DNA of 64,000 bases from Lysobacterales bacterium (lineage in GTDB: Bacteria > Pseudomonadota > Gammaproteobacteria > Xanthomonadales > BPKI01): NCBI GenBank assembly GCA_033582715.1, contig JAVQZZ010000001.1:206716-270715 (forward strand). The letters are read 5' to 3'. The position numbers and the translations under genes were made by a program. Of this stretch, positions 9,659-23,700 are shown piece by piece. Under the pieces are notes generated by a model, which ran no database searches, had not been told where the DNA came from, and saw only the letters and a program-made list of their open reading frames with translations. Position 1 is the first letter of the stretch. Each line of letters begins with the position of its first letter.

Positions 9659-10987
9659 CTACTTGCCGATGCAGAAGCTGGCGAAGATCGCGGCGAGCAG
9701 CTCCTCGCTCCCGACCGCGCCGGTGACCTCGCCCAGCGCGCGCTGGGCCAGCCTGAGCTCCTCGGCCATCAGCTCGCAGGCCCGCTCCTCGAGCCGCGCC
9801 GCGGCCGCCTCGAGATGCGCGCGCACCCGGCCGAGGGCCTCGAGGTGGCGCGCCCGCGCGCTGAAGCCCCCGTCCGCCTCCACCCCGCCCGCGTGCTCGG
9901 CGAGCGCGGCGCGCAGCGCCGCGAGGCCCTCGCCGCTCAGCGCGCTCACGGCGAGCGCGCCGGCAGGGGGCCGGAAGCCCGGGACGAGGTCGACTTTGGT
10001 GTAGACCCTGAGCGCCGGCAGGCCGGGCGGCAGCTCGGCGGCGAGCGGCTCCGCGGCATCGCCGCGCTCGGCGTCGAGGACCAGGAGCGCGAGGTCGGCG
10101 CGCGCCGCCTCCTCGCGCGCCCGGCGGATGCCCTCGGCCTCCACCGCACCGGCGCTGCTCGCGCAGTCCCGGCGGTGTCGACCAGGGTCAGGGACAGGCC
10201 GTCGAGCTCGAGGGCCTCGCGGAGGAGGTCGCGGGTGGTGCCCGGGATGGGGGTGACGATCGCCCGCTCCTCCCCGAGCAGGGCGTTGAGCAGGCTGGAC
10301 TTGCCCGCGTTCGGGCGCCCGAGCAGGACCACGTGCAGCCCGTCGCGCAGCCGCCGGCCGATGCGGGCCTCGCCAAGCAGGCGCTCGAGCTCGCCGCGGG
10401 CGAGCGCGAGGCGCTCGCGCGAGCGCGGCCCCCACCGTCGGCCCGAGCTCCTCCTCGGGAAAGTCGATCAGCGCCTCGGCCTCGACCCGGAGCATGAGCA
10501 GCCGTTCCGCGAGCGCCTCGCAGCGCCGCGAGAACACGCCGCTCAGGCTGCGCAGCGCGGCCTGGGCCGCGCGCCGGCTCCCGGCGGCGATCAGGTCCGC
10601 GAGGGCCTCGGCCTGGGCGAGGTCGAGCTTGCCGTGGTGGAAGGCGCGCTCGCTGAACTCGCCCGGGCGGGCGCGGCGCGCCCCGAGCTCGACCATGCGC
10701 TCCTCCAGCATCGCGAGCACCACCGGCGCCCCGTGGGCGTGGAGCTCGACCACGTCCTCGCCGGTGAAGGAGCGGGGACCGCGGAAGCCGAGCTGCAGGC
10801 CGCGGTCGATCGCGCGTCCGTCCCCGGCGCGGAAGGTCACCAGCTCGGCGCGGCGGTGGCGCGGCCGGCGGCCGCTCAGCGCCTCGGCGATGGCGAAGGC
10901 GCGCGGGCCGGAGAGGCGCAGGATCCCGATCGCGCCCCGCCCCGCCGGGGTCGCCGGGGCGACGATGGTCTCCTCGCTGCCGCTCAC
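9659..10987 (-). CDS. mnmE: tRNA modification GTPase MnmE (TrmE); at least 3 frameshifts (~10440, ~10170-10160)
   Basis: N-domain [22 protein letters not shown]. The G-domain [33 protein letters not shown]...LVDTAG is in another frame (ORF 9946-10332). C-terminus ends in the canonical FCIGK. The GTG start overlaps the yidC stop (GTGA). Confidence 0.9.
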   Translation of the reverse strand: MSGSEETIVAPATPAGRGAIGILRLSGPRAFAIAEALSGRRPRHRRAELVTFRAGDGRAIDRGLQLGFRGPRSFTGEDVVELHAHGAPVVLAMLEERMVELGARRARPGEFSERAFHHGKLDLAQAEALADLIAAGSRRAAQAALRSLSGVFSRRCEALAERLLMLRVEAEALIDFPEEELGPTVGAALARAPRARPRRARAPAWRGPHRPAAARRAARGPARAPERGQVQPAQRPARGGAGDRHPHPGHHPRPPPRGPRARRPVPDPGRHRRDCASSAGAVEAEGIRRAREEAARADLALLVLDAERGDAAEPLAAELPPGLPALRVYTKVDLVPGFRPPAGALAVSALSGEGLAALRAALAEHAGGVEADGGFSARARHLEALGRVRAHLEAAAARLEERACELMAEELRLAQRALGEVTGAVGSEELLAAIFASFCIGK

Positions 10988-12642
10988 GCGTTCCGCCCGG
11001 CGCCCTCCACGCGGCGCAGGATGTACCACTGCTGGGCCAGGCCGAGGAGTCCGTTCACCGTCCAGTAGAGCACCAGGCCCGCGGGGAAGAAGGCGAAGAG
11101 CACGGCGAACACGAGCGGCAGGGCCTGCATCAGCCGCTGCTGCAGCGGATCCATCCCCGGGCTCGGGGAGAGCTTCTGGGTGAGCCACATGGTGAGACCG
11201 TTCAGCACCGGCAGCACGAAGTAGGGATCGCGCGCGGAGAGGTCGCGGATCCAGCCGACGAAGGGCGCCTGGCGGAGCTCCACCGACTCGAGCAGGACCC
11301 AGTAGAGCGCGATGAACACCGGGATCTGCACCAGGATCGGCAGGCAGCCGCCGAGCGGGTTGATCTTCTCCTTTCGGTAGAGCTCGAGCAGCGCCTGGTT
11401 GAGCTTGGCCCGGTCGTCGCCGTAGCGCTCGCGGAGCGCCTCGAGCCGCGGCTGCAGCCGGCGCATCTTCGCCATCGAGCGGTACTGGGCCTCGGAGAGC
11501 TTGTAGAAGGCGAGCTTGATCAGCACGGTGAGCAGGACGATGGCGAGGCCCCAGTTGCCGACCGCGCGCTGGATGAGATCGAGCAGCCAGAACAGCGGCT
11601 TGGCGAAGATCGTGAAGATGCCGTAGTCGACGGTGAGGTCGAGGCCCTCGGCGACCTTCGGCAGGAGGTTCTGGAGCTTGGGCCCGACGAAGAGCCGCGC
11701 CTGCGTCTCGATGCTCGCGCCCGGCGCGAGCTCGAGGCCGGGACCGACGGCGCGGATCAGGTAGCGGCCGGCCTCGGGGATCGCGGTCTCGAACTGCCAG
11801 GCCTGCCCGGGCGGAGGGATCCAGGCGGCGACGAAGTAGTGCTGGAGCATCGCGATCCAGCCGCCGGCCACGGCCCGCCCCGAGGCGATCGGGGAGCGCG
11901 CGAAGCCGTCGAAGGCGAGCTTCTCGAAGCGCGCCTCCGGGCTCCACCAGGCGGCGCCGACGAAGCTGTAGAGCTCGGGATTGGTGAGGCTGAAGCCGGA
12001 GGGCGGCGGCGGCGGGCATCGCGCGTCAGCTGGAGATAGGGATGCGCCCGCACCGGTCCGCTCGCCGCCGTTGTGCCAGCGCTCGTGGAGCTCGACGACA
12101 TAGCTGCCCTCGCGCAGCCGCCAGACGCGCTCGAGGCGCAGCGCGCGCTCCGGATCCTCCCACGCGAAGCGCAGCTCGACGGTGTCGCCGACGCGGCTGC
12201 GCCTCCCCCTCGGCGGCGAAGTCGCTGCGATGGTCGGGCAGCGCGCCGTTCGGGCTCACCCAGCCGCTCTGGGCGAGGAACAGGCGCGCCGGTTCGTCCC
12301 CGAGCAGGCTCACCACCGCCTCGGGCCGGCGCGGGTCGAGCGGATAGGCGAGGAGCTCCGCGCCGACCGGGCTCGCGCCGCGCGTGGAGAAGCGCAGGCG
12401 CAGCAGCGCGGTCTCGGCCACCAGCTCGCGTACCGGCGATGCGGCGGCGGCGGGCTCCGTGGGCGCGGCGGAGGGTGCCGCGGGCGGCAAGGGGCGATCG
12501 TCCGGTCGGCGGGCGCCTCCGGTCCGCCCGCGGCGGGCCGGATCGGGTGCGCGCGCGGCCTCGAAAGGCGAGCCACTGCTGCCAGAGCAGGAAACAGGGT
12601 GAACAGCCAGGCGAGGAACAGCAGGGTGCGAAGCGGGTTCAT
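10984..12642 (-). CDS. yidC: membrane protein insertase YidC; C-terminal half intact, periplasmic N-domain broken by >=4 frameshifts
   Basis: N-terminal anchor MNPLRTLLFLAWLFTLF from ATG 12642. Conserved core is WGLAIVLLTVLIKLAFYKLSEAQYRSMAKMRRLQP, KINPLGGCLPILVQIPVFIALY and NGLLGLAQQWYI. A GGAG Shine-Dalgarno motif lies 8 nt upstream of the ATG. Confidence 0.9.
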
Positions 12643-12654
12643 GCGGCAGGCTCC

Positions 12655-13077
12655 TCAGGCGGCATGGTCGAGGGCTGCCCCGCCAGCCGTGCGCCGGGCG
12701 GCGCGCAGGCTCTCCGCCAGTCGCTCGGGGCAGCGCCTCGAGGAGCAGCTCCATCAGCAGCGCGGCCTCGGCGTGCAGATGCCGGGTTCGCGGCGGGAGG
12801 CGCCGTGCGCAGCGCCACCACCAGGTCGAGCGGCGGCAGGCGCTCGCGGCGGCGGCGGAAGGCCTCGCGGACGATGCGCTTGACCCGGTTGCGGTCATGG
12901 GCCTTCGGCACGTGGCGGCGGCTGAGGGCGAAGCCGAGCCGCGCCGCCGGGCCGGGCGCAGGGTGCGAGGTGCACCCGGAGGAACTGGCCGTGCAGCGCC
13001 GCCCCAGCGGCGAACACCCGGTCGAAGTCTGCGCGTCGACGGATCCGGGCGTCGCGAGGGTAGGTCGCGCCCGGCAT
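12655..13077 (-). CDS. rnpA: ribonuclease P protein component RnpA; frameshifted
   Basis: [20 protein letters not shown], then [30 protein letters not shown], then [16 protein letters not shown], then [11 protein letters not shown], in different frames. Stop TGA at 12655-12657, 12 nt before the yidC ATG. Confidence 0.8.
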
Positions 13078-13091
13078 GCGGCGCGCCGGAC

Positions 13092-13230
13092 TCAGACCGG
13101 GCGTGAGGCGCTTGCGGCCCTTGGCGCGACGGCGCTTGAGCACGGCCCGGCCGCCACGGGTGGCCATCCGCGCGCGGAAGCCGTGGTCGCGCGCACGCTT
13201 GATCCGGCTCGGCTGGTAGGTGCGCTTCAT
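13092..13230 (-). CDS. rpmH: 50S ribosomal protein L34; stop codon out of frame by 1 nt, so the ORF runs into rnpA
   Basis: [43 protein letters not shown] matches the L34 consensus. The nearest stop, TGA 13092-13094, is in the +1 frame. Confidence 0.9.
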
Positions 13231-13327
13231 CGGGGAGGGTCCTCGGAGGCGGAAGCCCGCTAGCCTAGCGAGAGGTCCGCGAGCACGGTCAATCGCGCCG
13301 GCCGTGCGCGGGTACCGCGCGCCGCCG

Positions 13328-13356
13328 TTGGAGCCGCCGCGCGCGCTGGCTATAGT
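13328..13356 (+). promoter_or_regulatory. candidate sigma70 promoter for dnaA (-35 TTGGAG, 17-bp spacer, -10 TATAGT)
   Basis: Hexamers read at 13328-13333 and 13351-13356, about 40 nt upstream of the dnaA ATG 13397. Confidence 0.4.
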
Positions 13357-13396
13357 GGGAGGTCCCCCATCCTCCTCGCCTCGGCGGCCAGGCCCC

Positions 13397-14691
13397 ATGG
13401 AACCGCTCTGGGAACGCTGTCTCGAACGCCTGCGCGCGGAGGCGAGCGTCGAGGACTTCCTGACCTGGCTGGCGCCGCTGCGGGCCGAGCGCGAGGACGA
13501 TCGCCTGCTCCTGCTCGCCCCGAATCCCTTCGTGGTGGAGGAGGTGCGGCGGCGCTTCCTCCCGCGCATCGGCGAGCTGCTCGGCCGCCTTCGGCGAGAG
13601 CCTGCGGGTGAGAGTGCAGCTCGAGAGCCGGCCGGCGCGCGTCGGCTCGCCGCCGCGGGCACGGAGGCCCCGCTGCAACACCGATCCTGCCTACACCTTC
13701 GAGAACTTCGTGGAGGGCAAGTCCAATCAGCTGGCCCGCGCCGCCGCGCTGCGGGTGGCGCAGAACCCCGGCCGCGACTACAACCCGCTGCTGCTCTACG
13801 GGGGTACCGGCCTCGGCAAGACCCATCTGATGCACGCCTGCGGCAACCTCATGCACCAGCTCGACCGCCGCCGCCGCGTGCTGTACCTGCGCTCGGAGCA
13901 GTTCTTCACGGCGATGATGAAGGCGCTCGCCGAGAAGTCGATGGACCAGTTCAAGCGCCAGTTCCAGACCGTGGATGCGCTCCTTGTCGACGACATCCAG
14001 TTCTTCGCCGGCAAGGACCGGACGCAGGAGGAGTTCTTCCACACCTTCAATGCCCTGTTCGACGGCAAGCAGCAGATCGTCCTCACCTGCGATCGCTATC
14101 CGAAGGAGTACGAGAACCTCGAGCCGCGGCTCAAGTCCCGACTCGGCTGGGGACTGTCGGTGGCGATCGAGCCGCCCGGACTTCGAGACCCGGGCCGCGA
14201 TCCTGCTGAGCAAGGCGGCCGCCCGCGGCATCGCCCTCCCCGAGGAGGTGGCCTTCCTGATCGCGCGGCGGATGCGCTCCAACGTCCGCGACCTCGAGGG
14301 CGCCCTCAACACCCTGAGCGCCCGCGCCGCCTTCCTCGGGCGGCCGATCACGGTGGCCTTCGCCCAGGAGACGCTGCGCGATCTCCTCCACGCCCAGGAG
14401 CAGCAGATCAACATCGCGAACATCCAGCGGGTGGTGGCCGAGTACCATCGCCTCCGGCTCGCCGACCTGCTCTCCCGGCAGCGCTCCCGTTCCCTGGTCC
14501 GGGCGCGGCAGATGGCGATGGCGCTGGCGCGGGAGCTCACCGAGCACAGCCTGCCGGAGATCGGCGATGCCTTCGGCGGACGCGACCACACCACGGTGCT
14601 CCATGCCTGCGAGCAGATCGCGAGGCTGAGGGAGACCGACGGCCGGGTGCGGGAGGATTGGGAACGGCTGATGCGACTGCTCACTGAGTAG
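13397..14691 (+). CDS. dnaA: chromosomal replication initiator DnaA; two +1 shifts (~13590 and ~14175-14179)
   Basis: [15 protein letters not shown]..., [15 protein letters not shown], Walker [15 protein letters not shown], Walker [10 protein letters not shown], and the domain IV motif [11 protein letters not shown]. The second shift sits at a CCCGG run where [12 protein letters not shown] is expected. Confidence 0.95.
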
Positions 14692-14696
14692 GGGAC

Positions 14697-14705
14697 TGTG
14701 GATAA
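14697..14705 (-). promoter_or_regulatory. perfect DnaA box (TGTGGATAA = reverse complement of TTATCCACA)
   Basis: Read directly, 6 nt after the dnaA stop. Confidence 0.8.
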
Positions 14706-14742
14706 TCCGTGGAGCGGGCGGGAGAGGGCGGCCATCCACCGC

Positions 14743-14751
14743 TTGTCCACA
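14743..14751 (+). promoter_or_regulatory. DnaA box, 8/9 match (TTGTCCACA)
   Basis: Read directly. Weaker matches are ccATCCACc at 14733-14741 and TCATCCAGA at ~14819-14827. Confidence 0.55.
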
Positions 14752-14867
14752 GGCGACGGCGCGCGGAATCCAGAGCCAACCCGCATAGAGAATGCTCGAA
14801 GAATCATAGGCTTGGAAAATCATCCAGAACTTGCCCAAGCTCCACCACCTCCTCGCGGGAAGATCCC

Positions 14868-19535
<4,668 letters not shown>

Positions 19536-19583
19536 GGGCCGCCGCATCGCGGAGCTCGATCCGGTGCCCGTCGACCGGTCGCC

Positions 19584-19623
19584 TTCCCCGCAGCACGGGC
19601 GCACCGGTCCCGTTCCCCGCAGC
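19584..19623. repeat. 11-bp direct repeat TTCCCCGCAGC x2 (29-bp spacing) in the gyrB-DUF1329 spacer
   Basis: Copies at 19584-19594 and 19613-19623, read directly. Confidence 0.5.
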
Positions 19624-19738
19624 CCTGGCGCGCCCCGCCCGGCGAGGAACGCAAGCCTCGCGCCCGGTCGCGCGCCGCCGTTCTCCGCGGCGCGCGCTTC
19701 GGCTAACCTTCCGGCGCATCTCTTGGGGGGTCTCCGCC

Positions 19739-20944
19739 ATGCCCCGACCGCTCCTGAGCCTGCTCGCGCTCGTGCCCGCCCTCGCCCTTGCCCGGGGCGG
19801 GCCGCCGGACCCCTTTCCCGAGGACCGCCCGCTCCTCGTCATCACCGCCGCCGAGCTCGGCGAGCACCGCGAGCGGCTCACCCTCGGCCACCAGGCGATG
19901 CTCGAGCGCTACCCGAGCTTCGCGCTCCCCGTCTACCCCAGCCGACCCGCGGCCCGCTTTCCGGCCTGGTTCGAGGAGGCGACGCGGGCCAACGTCGGAC
20001 GCGGGGCGAGGCTCACGCCGGACGGCAACGGCGTGGTCGGGGCGCTGCGCGGCCTGCCCTTCCCGGAGCCCCAGAGCGCCCTCGAGGTGCTCTGGAACCA
20101 CAAGCTCACCTGGCGCGGCAAGGCCTGGCGGCGGAGCTACGCCCAGGTCAACGTCACCGCGAGCGGCGCCTTCGAGCCGATCCGGGTGACCGAGACCGTG
20201 CTCGACCGCTACCAGGCCGAGGACTACGGCGGAGAGCCGATCATCCAGTACTTCCTCCAGGAGGTGACGGCGCCCCCGCGGCTCGCCGGCACCCTGCTGC
20301 TCGTCCACGAGACCCTGAACCAGGTCGCCCAGCCGCGCCTCGCCTGGACCTACAACCCCGGCCAGCGACGGGTGCGGAGGGCACCCCAGGTCGCCTACGA
20401 CAATCCCGCGACCGCCTCGGACGGGCTGCGCACCGCCGACCAGCTCTACGGCTTCAACGGCTCTCCCGACCGCTACGAGTGGCGGCTGATCGGCCGCCAG
20501 AGCCTGGTCGTTCCCTACAACGCCTACCGGCTGCTCTCCGGCGAGCGCACGCTCAAGGACCTGGTGCGGCCCGGTCACCTCAATCCCGAGCACCTGCGCT
20601 ACGAGGAGCACCCGGTGTGGGTGATCGAGGGGACGCTGCGCAGCGGGCAGCGGCACATCTACGCCCGCCGCCGGCTCTACGTCGACGCCGCGAGCTTCCA
20701 GGTGCTCGCCGCCGACCACTGGGACGGCTTCGGCAACCTCTGGCGGGTGGCCGAGATCCACACCGTGGTCTTCCCCGAGGCCGAGGCGATGCGCCCCGGG
20801 GTGGACGTGGTCTACGACCTCAAGAACGGCCGCTACGCCGCGCTCGGCCTCGCCAGCGAGGAGCCGCGCGCCTACGAGGCCTTCGACCGCCTGCCGCTCT
20901 CCGCCTTCGCCCCCGACGCGCTGCGCCGCCAGGGCGTGCGCTGA
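19739..20944 (+). CDS. DUF1329-family periplasmic protein (LolA-like fold family), intact
   Basis: Signal peptide MPRPLLSLLALVPALALA. GLPFPEPQSALEVLWNHKLTWRG, YNPGQRRVRRAP, and NAYRLL...HLRYEEHPVWVIEG resemble DUF1329 as I remember the family. Confidence 0.65.
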   Translation: MPRPLLSLLALVPALALARGGPPDPFPEDRPLLVITAAELGEHRERLTLGHQAMLERYPSFALPVYPSRPAARFPAWFEEATRANVGRGARLTPDGNGVVGALRGLPFPEPQSALEVLWNHKLTWRGKAWRRSYAQVNVTASGAFEPIRVTETVLDRYQAEDYGGEPIIQYFLQEVTAPPRLAGTLLLVHETLNQVAQPRLAWTYNPGQRRVRRAPQVAYDNPATASDGLRTADQLYGFNGSPDRYEWRLIGRQSLVVPYNAYRLLSGERTLKDLVRPGHLNPEHLRYEEHPVWVIEGTLRSGQRHIYARRRLYVDAASFQVLAADHWDGFGNLWRVAEIHTVVFPEAEAMRPGVDVVYDLKNGRYAALGLASEEPRAYEAFDRLPLSAFAPDALRRQGVR

Positions 20945-21187
20945 GGCTCGGGATGCGGCGATCGGCTGGCTGCTCGCTGCGGGGGATCTCGCGCCCCGGC
21001 GGGGAGCCGGCGGCGAGGCCTGCGGCCTGCGATCAGGCGCAGGGCCTCCCGCGCACCGCCGGAGGGCGCGCGCGAGGCGGGCTCCCGGCGCCATGTCGGC
21101 GCGCCGGCGCGCGCCGCGGCAGGGAGCGGACCGCTTGGCCCGCCCTGCACCCGCCGCCGCGAGGCGCATCGGGAGAGGGACGGAGCC

Positions 21188-22177
21188 ATGGCCGGCCGGC
21201 CTGAGCGATCCGCGCGCCTGCTCGCGGGCGACGAGTTCGATCGCGCGATCCAGGTGTGGTTCCTCGGGGTGGCCGCTGCGGCGCTGGGCGTGTTCGGGCT
21301 GATCCGGGCGCTCCGCGGCGAGCTGGCGATGGCCGCGGCGGATGGGATCCTGTGCGCGCTGATCGCCTTGGTCGCGGTCGCGGCGCGGCGAGCGGCCGAC
21401 GTCGAGCGCTTCGGGGCGGTGAGCGCCGCGGTCTGCACCCTCGGCTGCCTGCTCGGCTCCCTGGTCATCGGCCGGACCGCGCTCTATTGGGCGATCGTCG
21501 TGATCTGGGTGAGCTTCCTGGTCGTGCGCCCGCGCTGGGCGCTTCCCATCGTCGTGAGCTTCGCCGCCGGCATGGCGCTGGTGCCGGAGCTCCACCAGGA
21601 CGAGCTCGAGCGCTTCTCCTTCCTCGTCGCCGCCGGGCTCAGCATCGTCTTCGGCGCGCTGTTCTCGGCGCGCTACCGCCTGCAGCGCGAGACCCTGGCC
21701 CTGCTCGTGAGCTTCGATGCGCTGACCGGCGCGAGCAGCCGCCGGCTGTTCGAGCTCGGCGCCCGGCGGCCGCTCGCCGACGTGGCGGTGCTCGCCATCC
21801 TCGACCTCGACCGCTTCAAGGAGGCCAACGACACCCTCGGGCATGAGGCCGGCGACCGGCTGCTCGCGGCCCTCGGCCGCACGGTGCGGGCGCGCCTGCG
21901 CCAGAGCGACGGGTTCTTCCGCTATGGCGGCGACGAGTTCGTGCAGGTGCTCGAGCGGACGGGCCTGCCGGACGCCCTGCCGGTGCTCGAGGACCTGCGG
22001 CGGCGGGTGGCGGAGGCCCTTGCCGGCGAGGGCTGGCCCTGCACCCTCTCGATCGGGGCCGCCGGGATGGCCCCCGGGGAGTCTTGGGCGGACGCCTTCC
22101 CCCGCGCCGACGCCGCCCTGCGCCGCGCCGAGGAGGCCGGCCGGGACCGGGCGGCGGCGGGGGCGAACCAACCCTAG
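21188..22177 (+). CDS. membrane-anchored diguanylate cyclase (GGDEF domain), intact
   Basis: About 5 N-terminal TM helices, DALTGASSRRLF, LAILDLDRFKEANDTLGHEAGD, an active-site RYGGDEF, and RADAALRRAEEAGRDR. Confidence 0.85.
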   Translation: MAGRPERSARLLAGDEFDRAIQVWFLGVAAAALGVFGLIRALRGELAMAAADGILCALIALVAVAARRAADVERFGAVSAAVCTLGCLLGSLVIGRTALYWAIVVIWVSFLVVRPRWALPIVVSFAAGMALVPELHQDELERFSFLVAAGLSIVFGALFSARYRLQRETLALLVSFDALTGASSRRLFELGARRPLADVAVLAILDLDRFKEANDTLGHEAGDRLLAALGRTVRARLRQSDGFFRYGGDEFVQVLERTGLPDALPVLEDLRRRVAEALAGEGWPCTLSIGAAGMAPGESWADAFPRADAALRRAEEAGRDRAAAGANQP

Positions 22178-22693
22178 GCGCTCCCGAGCGTCCCCGCGAT
22201 GCCGACGGGCGGGAGAGCGCGGGCGCGGATCGCCTCCGCGGCACGCCCGCACCGCCCGAGATCGGCGAGCATCCGGCGAATGGCGGCGCCCCGGGGCGCC
22301 GTGCCGTGCCGTGGCTGAGGGGCGGCCCCGTAGACCGACACGTCCCTTTGCGCGTTTCCGCGACGGCTCGGTTCAGGGAGGCTTGGGGCCGACGTAGCGC
22401 GGCTCCATCGGCTCGAAGCTCCAGCGGGTCGCACCGGTCTCGAGATCGTGCTGCGCGGACCGGGGCTCCCGTCGGACAGGCGGAGAGGCGAGGAAGGGCA
22501 CCCCGGGATCCGTGGCGCGATCCTCGCGATCTCCGTTCGCGTATCGGCTGGATTGGTGCGGCGACCATGTCGCCTCGAGCCCCGGTCATGCCAGGCTCGC
22601 GACCGGACGGACTCTTTCCGCATTGCAGTGTGGGAAGGCAGCGGGGCGGCCCGTGGTCGGTCGGGTGCCATCCGCGCCGACGCGCGCTGCGGC

Positions 22694-23038
22694 CTAGCTC
22701 CCCCGAGCAGTCCCTGCAGGAGCGCGCCGAGGGCGATGCCGAGCAGGGCGAAGACCGCGAGGCGCAGGCGCTGGAGCAGGGCGAGGGGCAGCTCGCCCCG
22801 GGCCGCGCCGTCGAGGGTCGAGGAATGGCCCACCATCGCGGCGAAGACGGCGGCCACACAGGCCCCGAGCGCAAGCCAGAAGTCGAAGGGGTCGGCGAGC
22901 GACCCGAGCTGGCGGAGGAGCAGCACGCCTCCGACCGCCGCGGAGGCGATGGCGGCGAGATGCTGGAACAGGCTCGCCCAGAGCTCGGCGAGCCGGAGCG
23001 GATCGGGGGCCGCCGTCGGGCGGGGAGGCCGCGCTCAT
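22694..23038 (-). CDS. hypothetical small membrane protein; plausible reading requires an indel right after the ATG
   Basis: The ATG 23038 frame gives Arg-rich junk. The adjacent frame gives the TM-like LFQHLAAIASAAVGGVLLLRQLGSLADPFDFWLALGACVAAVFAAMVG...LRLAVFALLGIALGALLQGLL. The 3' end is uncertain. Confidence 0.35.
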   Translation of the reverse strand: MSAASPPDGGPRSAPARRALGEPVPASRRHRLRGGRRRAAPPPARVARRPLRLLACARGLCGRRLRRDGGPFLDPRRRGPGRAAPRPAPAPAPRGLRPARHRPRRAPAGTARGS

Positions 23039-23128
23039 CGCCGGAGGCGTCCCGATTCCCGGGGCATTCCGTGGGGCGCGGGGGCGCGACCGCCCGGCCG
23101 CCGTGCCGGGCCACGGGCAGCGGGAGGC

Positions 23129-23629
23129 TCATTCCGCGCCTCCGGGTTTCGCCTCCGGCGCGCCGAGCAGGGCCCGCACGGCCTTGAGGTGCGCCCCGAT
23201 CTCGTCGAGTTCACGCCGCAGCGCCGCGGGATCGGCGGGCGGGTGGGCGAGCAGGACCAGCACGGTCGCGGGATGCACGATCAGGTCCTTCATGTGGTAG
23301 CACAGCGCGGGCGCACCCTTCGGCAGCCGGCCGTCCCGGTGGTAGTCGGCCTCGATCGAGTCCGGCCCGAGCAGCGGCCAGCGCTCGCGCACGGTGAGGG
23401 CGGCCTCGAGGTAGTCCCGGCACTGGGGCTCGGCGGCCGAGAAGGCGGGGGCGATCTCGGCGGCGAGGCCGAGGAGCTCGCGCGCCCCCGCGCCGGCCGC
23501 GGTCGGAAGCTCGGCGGGCGAAAGGGCGAGCAGGGCCGAGAGCCGCTGCTCGTAGGCGCGCAGGGCGGCGTCGATCCCGGCCTCCGGAGCGGCGGCGAGG
23601 AGGGCGAGCAGCAGGGGCAGGCGGCTCAT
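23129..23629 (-). CDS. hypothetical secreted/periplasmic protein (166 aa, two Cys), intact
   Basis: Signal-like [18 protein letters not shown] and a helical, Ala/Leu-rich body. No family recognised. Lies 71 nt downstream of the hrpB stop on the same strand. Confidence 0.5.
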   Translation of the reverse strand: MSRLPLLLALLAAAPEAGIDAALRAYEQRLSALLALSPAELPTAAGAGARELLGLAAEIAPAFSAAEPQCRDYLEAALTVRERWPLLGPDSIEADYHRDGRLPKGAPALCYHMKDLIVHPATVLVLLAHPPADPAALRRELDEIGAHLKAVRALLGAPEAKPGGAE

Positions 23630-23700
23630 GGGTGCCTTCGATGGGAACGCGAAGCGATTCTCGCATGGCCTCCGTCTCGGCTCGAGGGCTCCCCGCCGAC

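Larger units (their letters stand above)
14692..14867. other. dnaA-dnaN spacer: DnaA-box cluster plus locally AT-rich stretch (candidate oriC/DUE element or DnaA-regulated dnaN promoter)
   Basis: One perfect box and three degenerate ones. The 14760-14840 stretch (gaatccagagccaacccgcatagagaatgctcgaagaatcataggcttggaaaatcatccagaac) is roughly 45-50% GC, against >70% in the flanks. GATC occurs at 14862 and 14878. Confidence 0.45.

Noticed and set aside
20945-21187. Hairpin GAGGCCTGCG...CGCAGGGCCTC (21015-21048) and other GC-rich stems (e.g. 51710-51732) as terminators or riboswitches
   Set aside because: Imperfect stems without U-tracts arise easily by chance in >70% GC DNA, and I recognised no riboswitch consensus.
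22174-22177. CTAG serving as overlapping stop codons for convergent ORFs (also at 29780-29783)
   Set aside because: This is a trivial consequence of TAG stops on both strands, with only two instances. At 22174 the minus-strand ORF itself is doubtful.
22174-22926. 250-aa minus-strand ORF covering the small membrane protein and the unassigned region
   Set aside because: Only the first ~75 aa are protein-like (TM helices). The remainder has reduced third-position GC and Arg/Pro-rich composition, so it probably reads through non-coding or decayed sequence.
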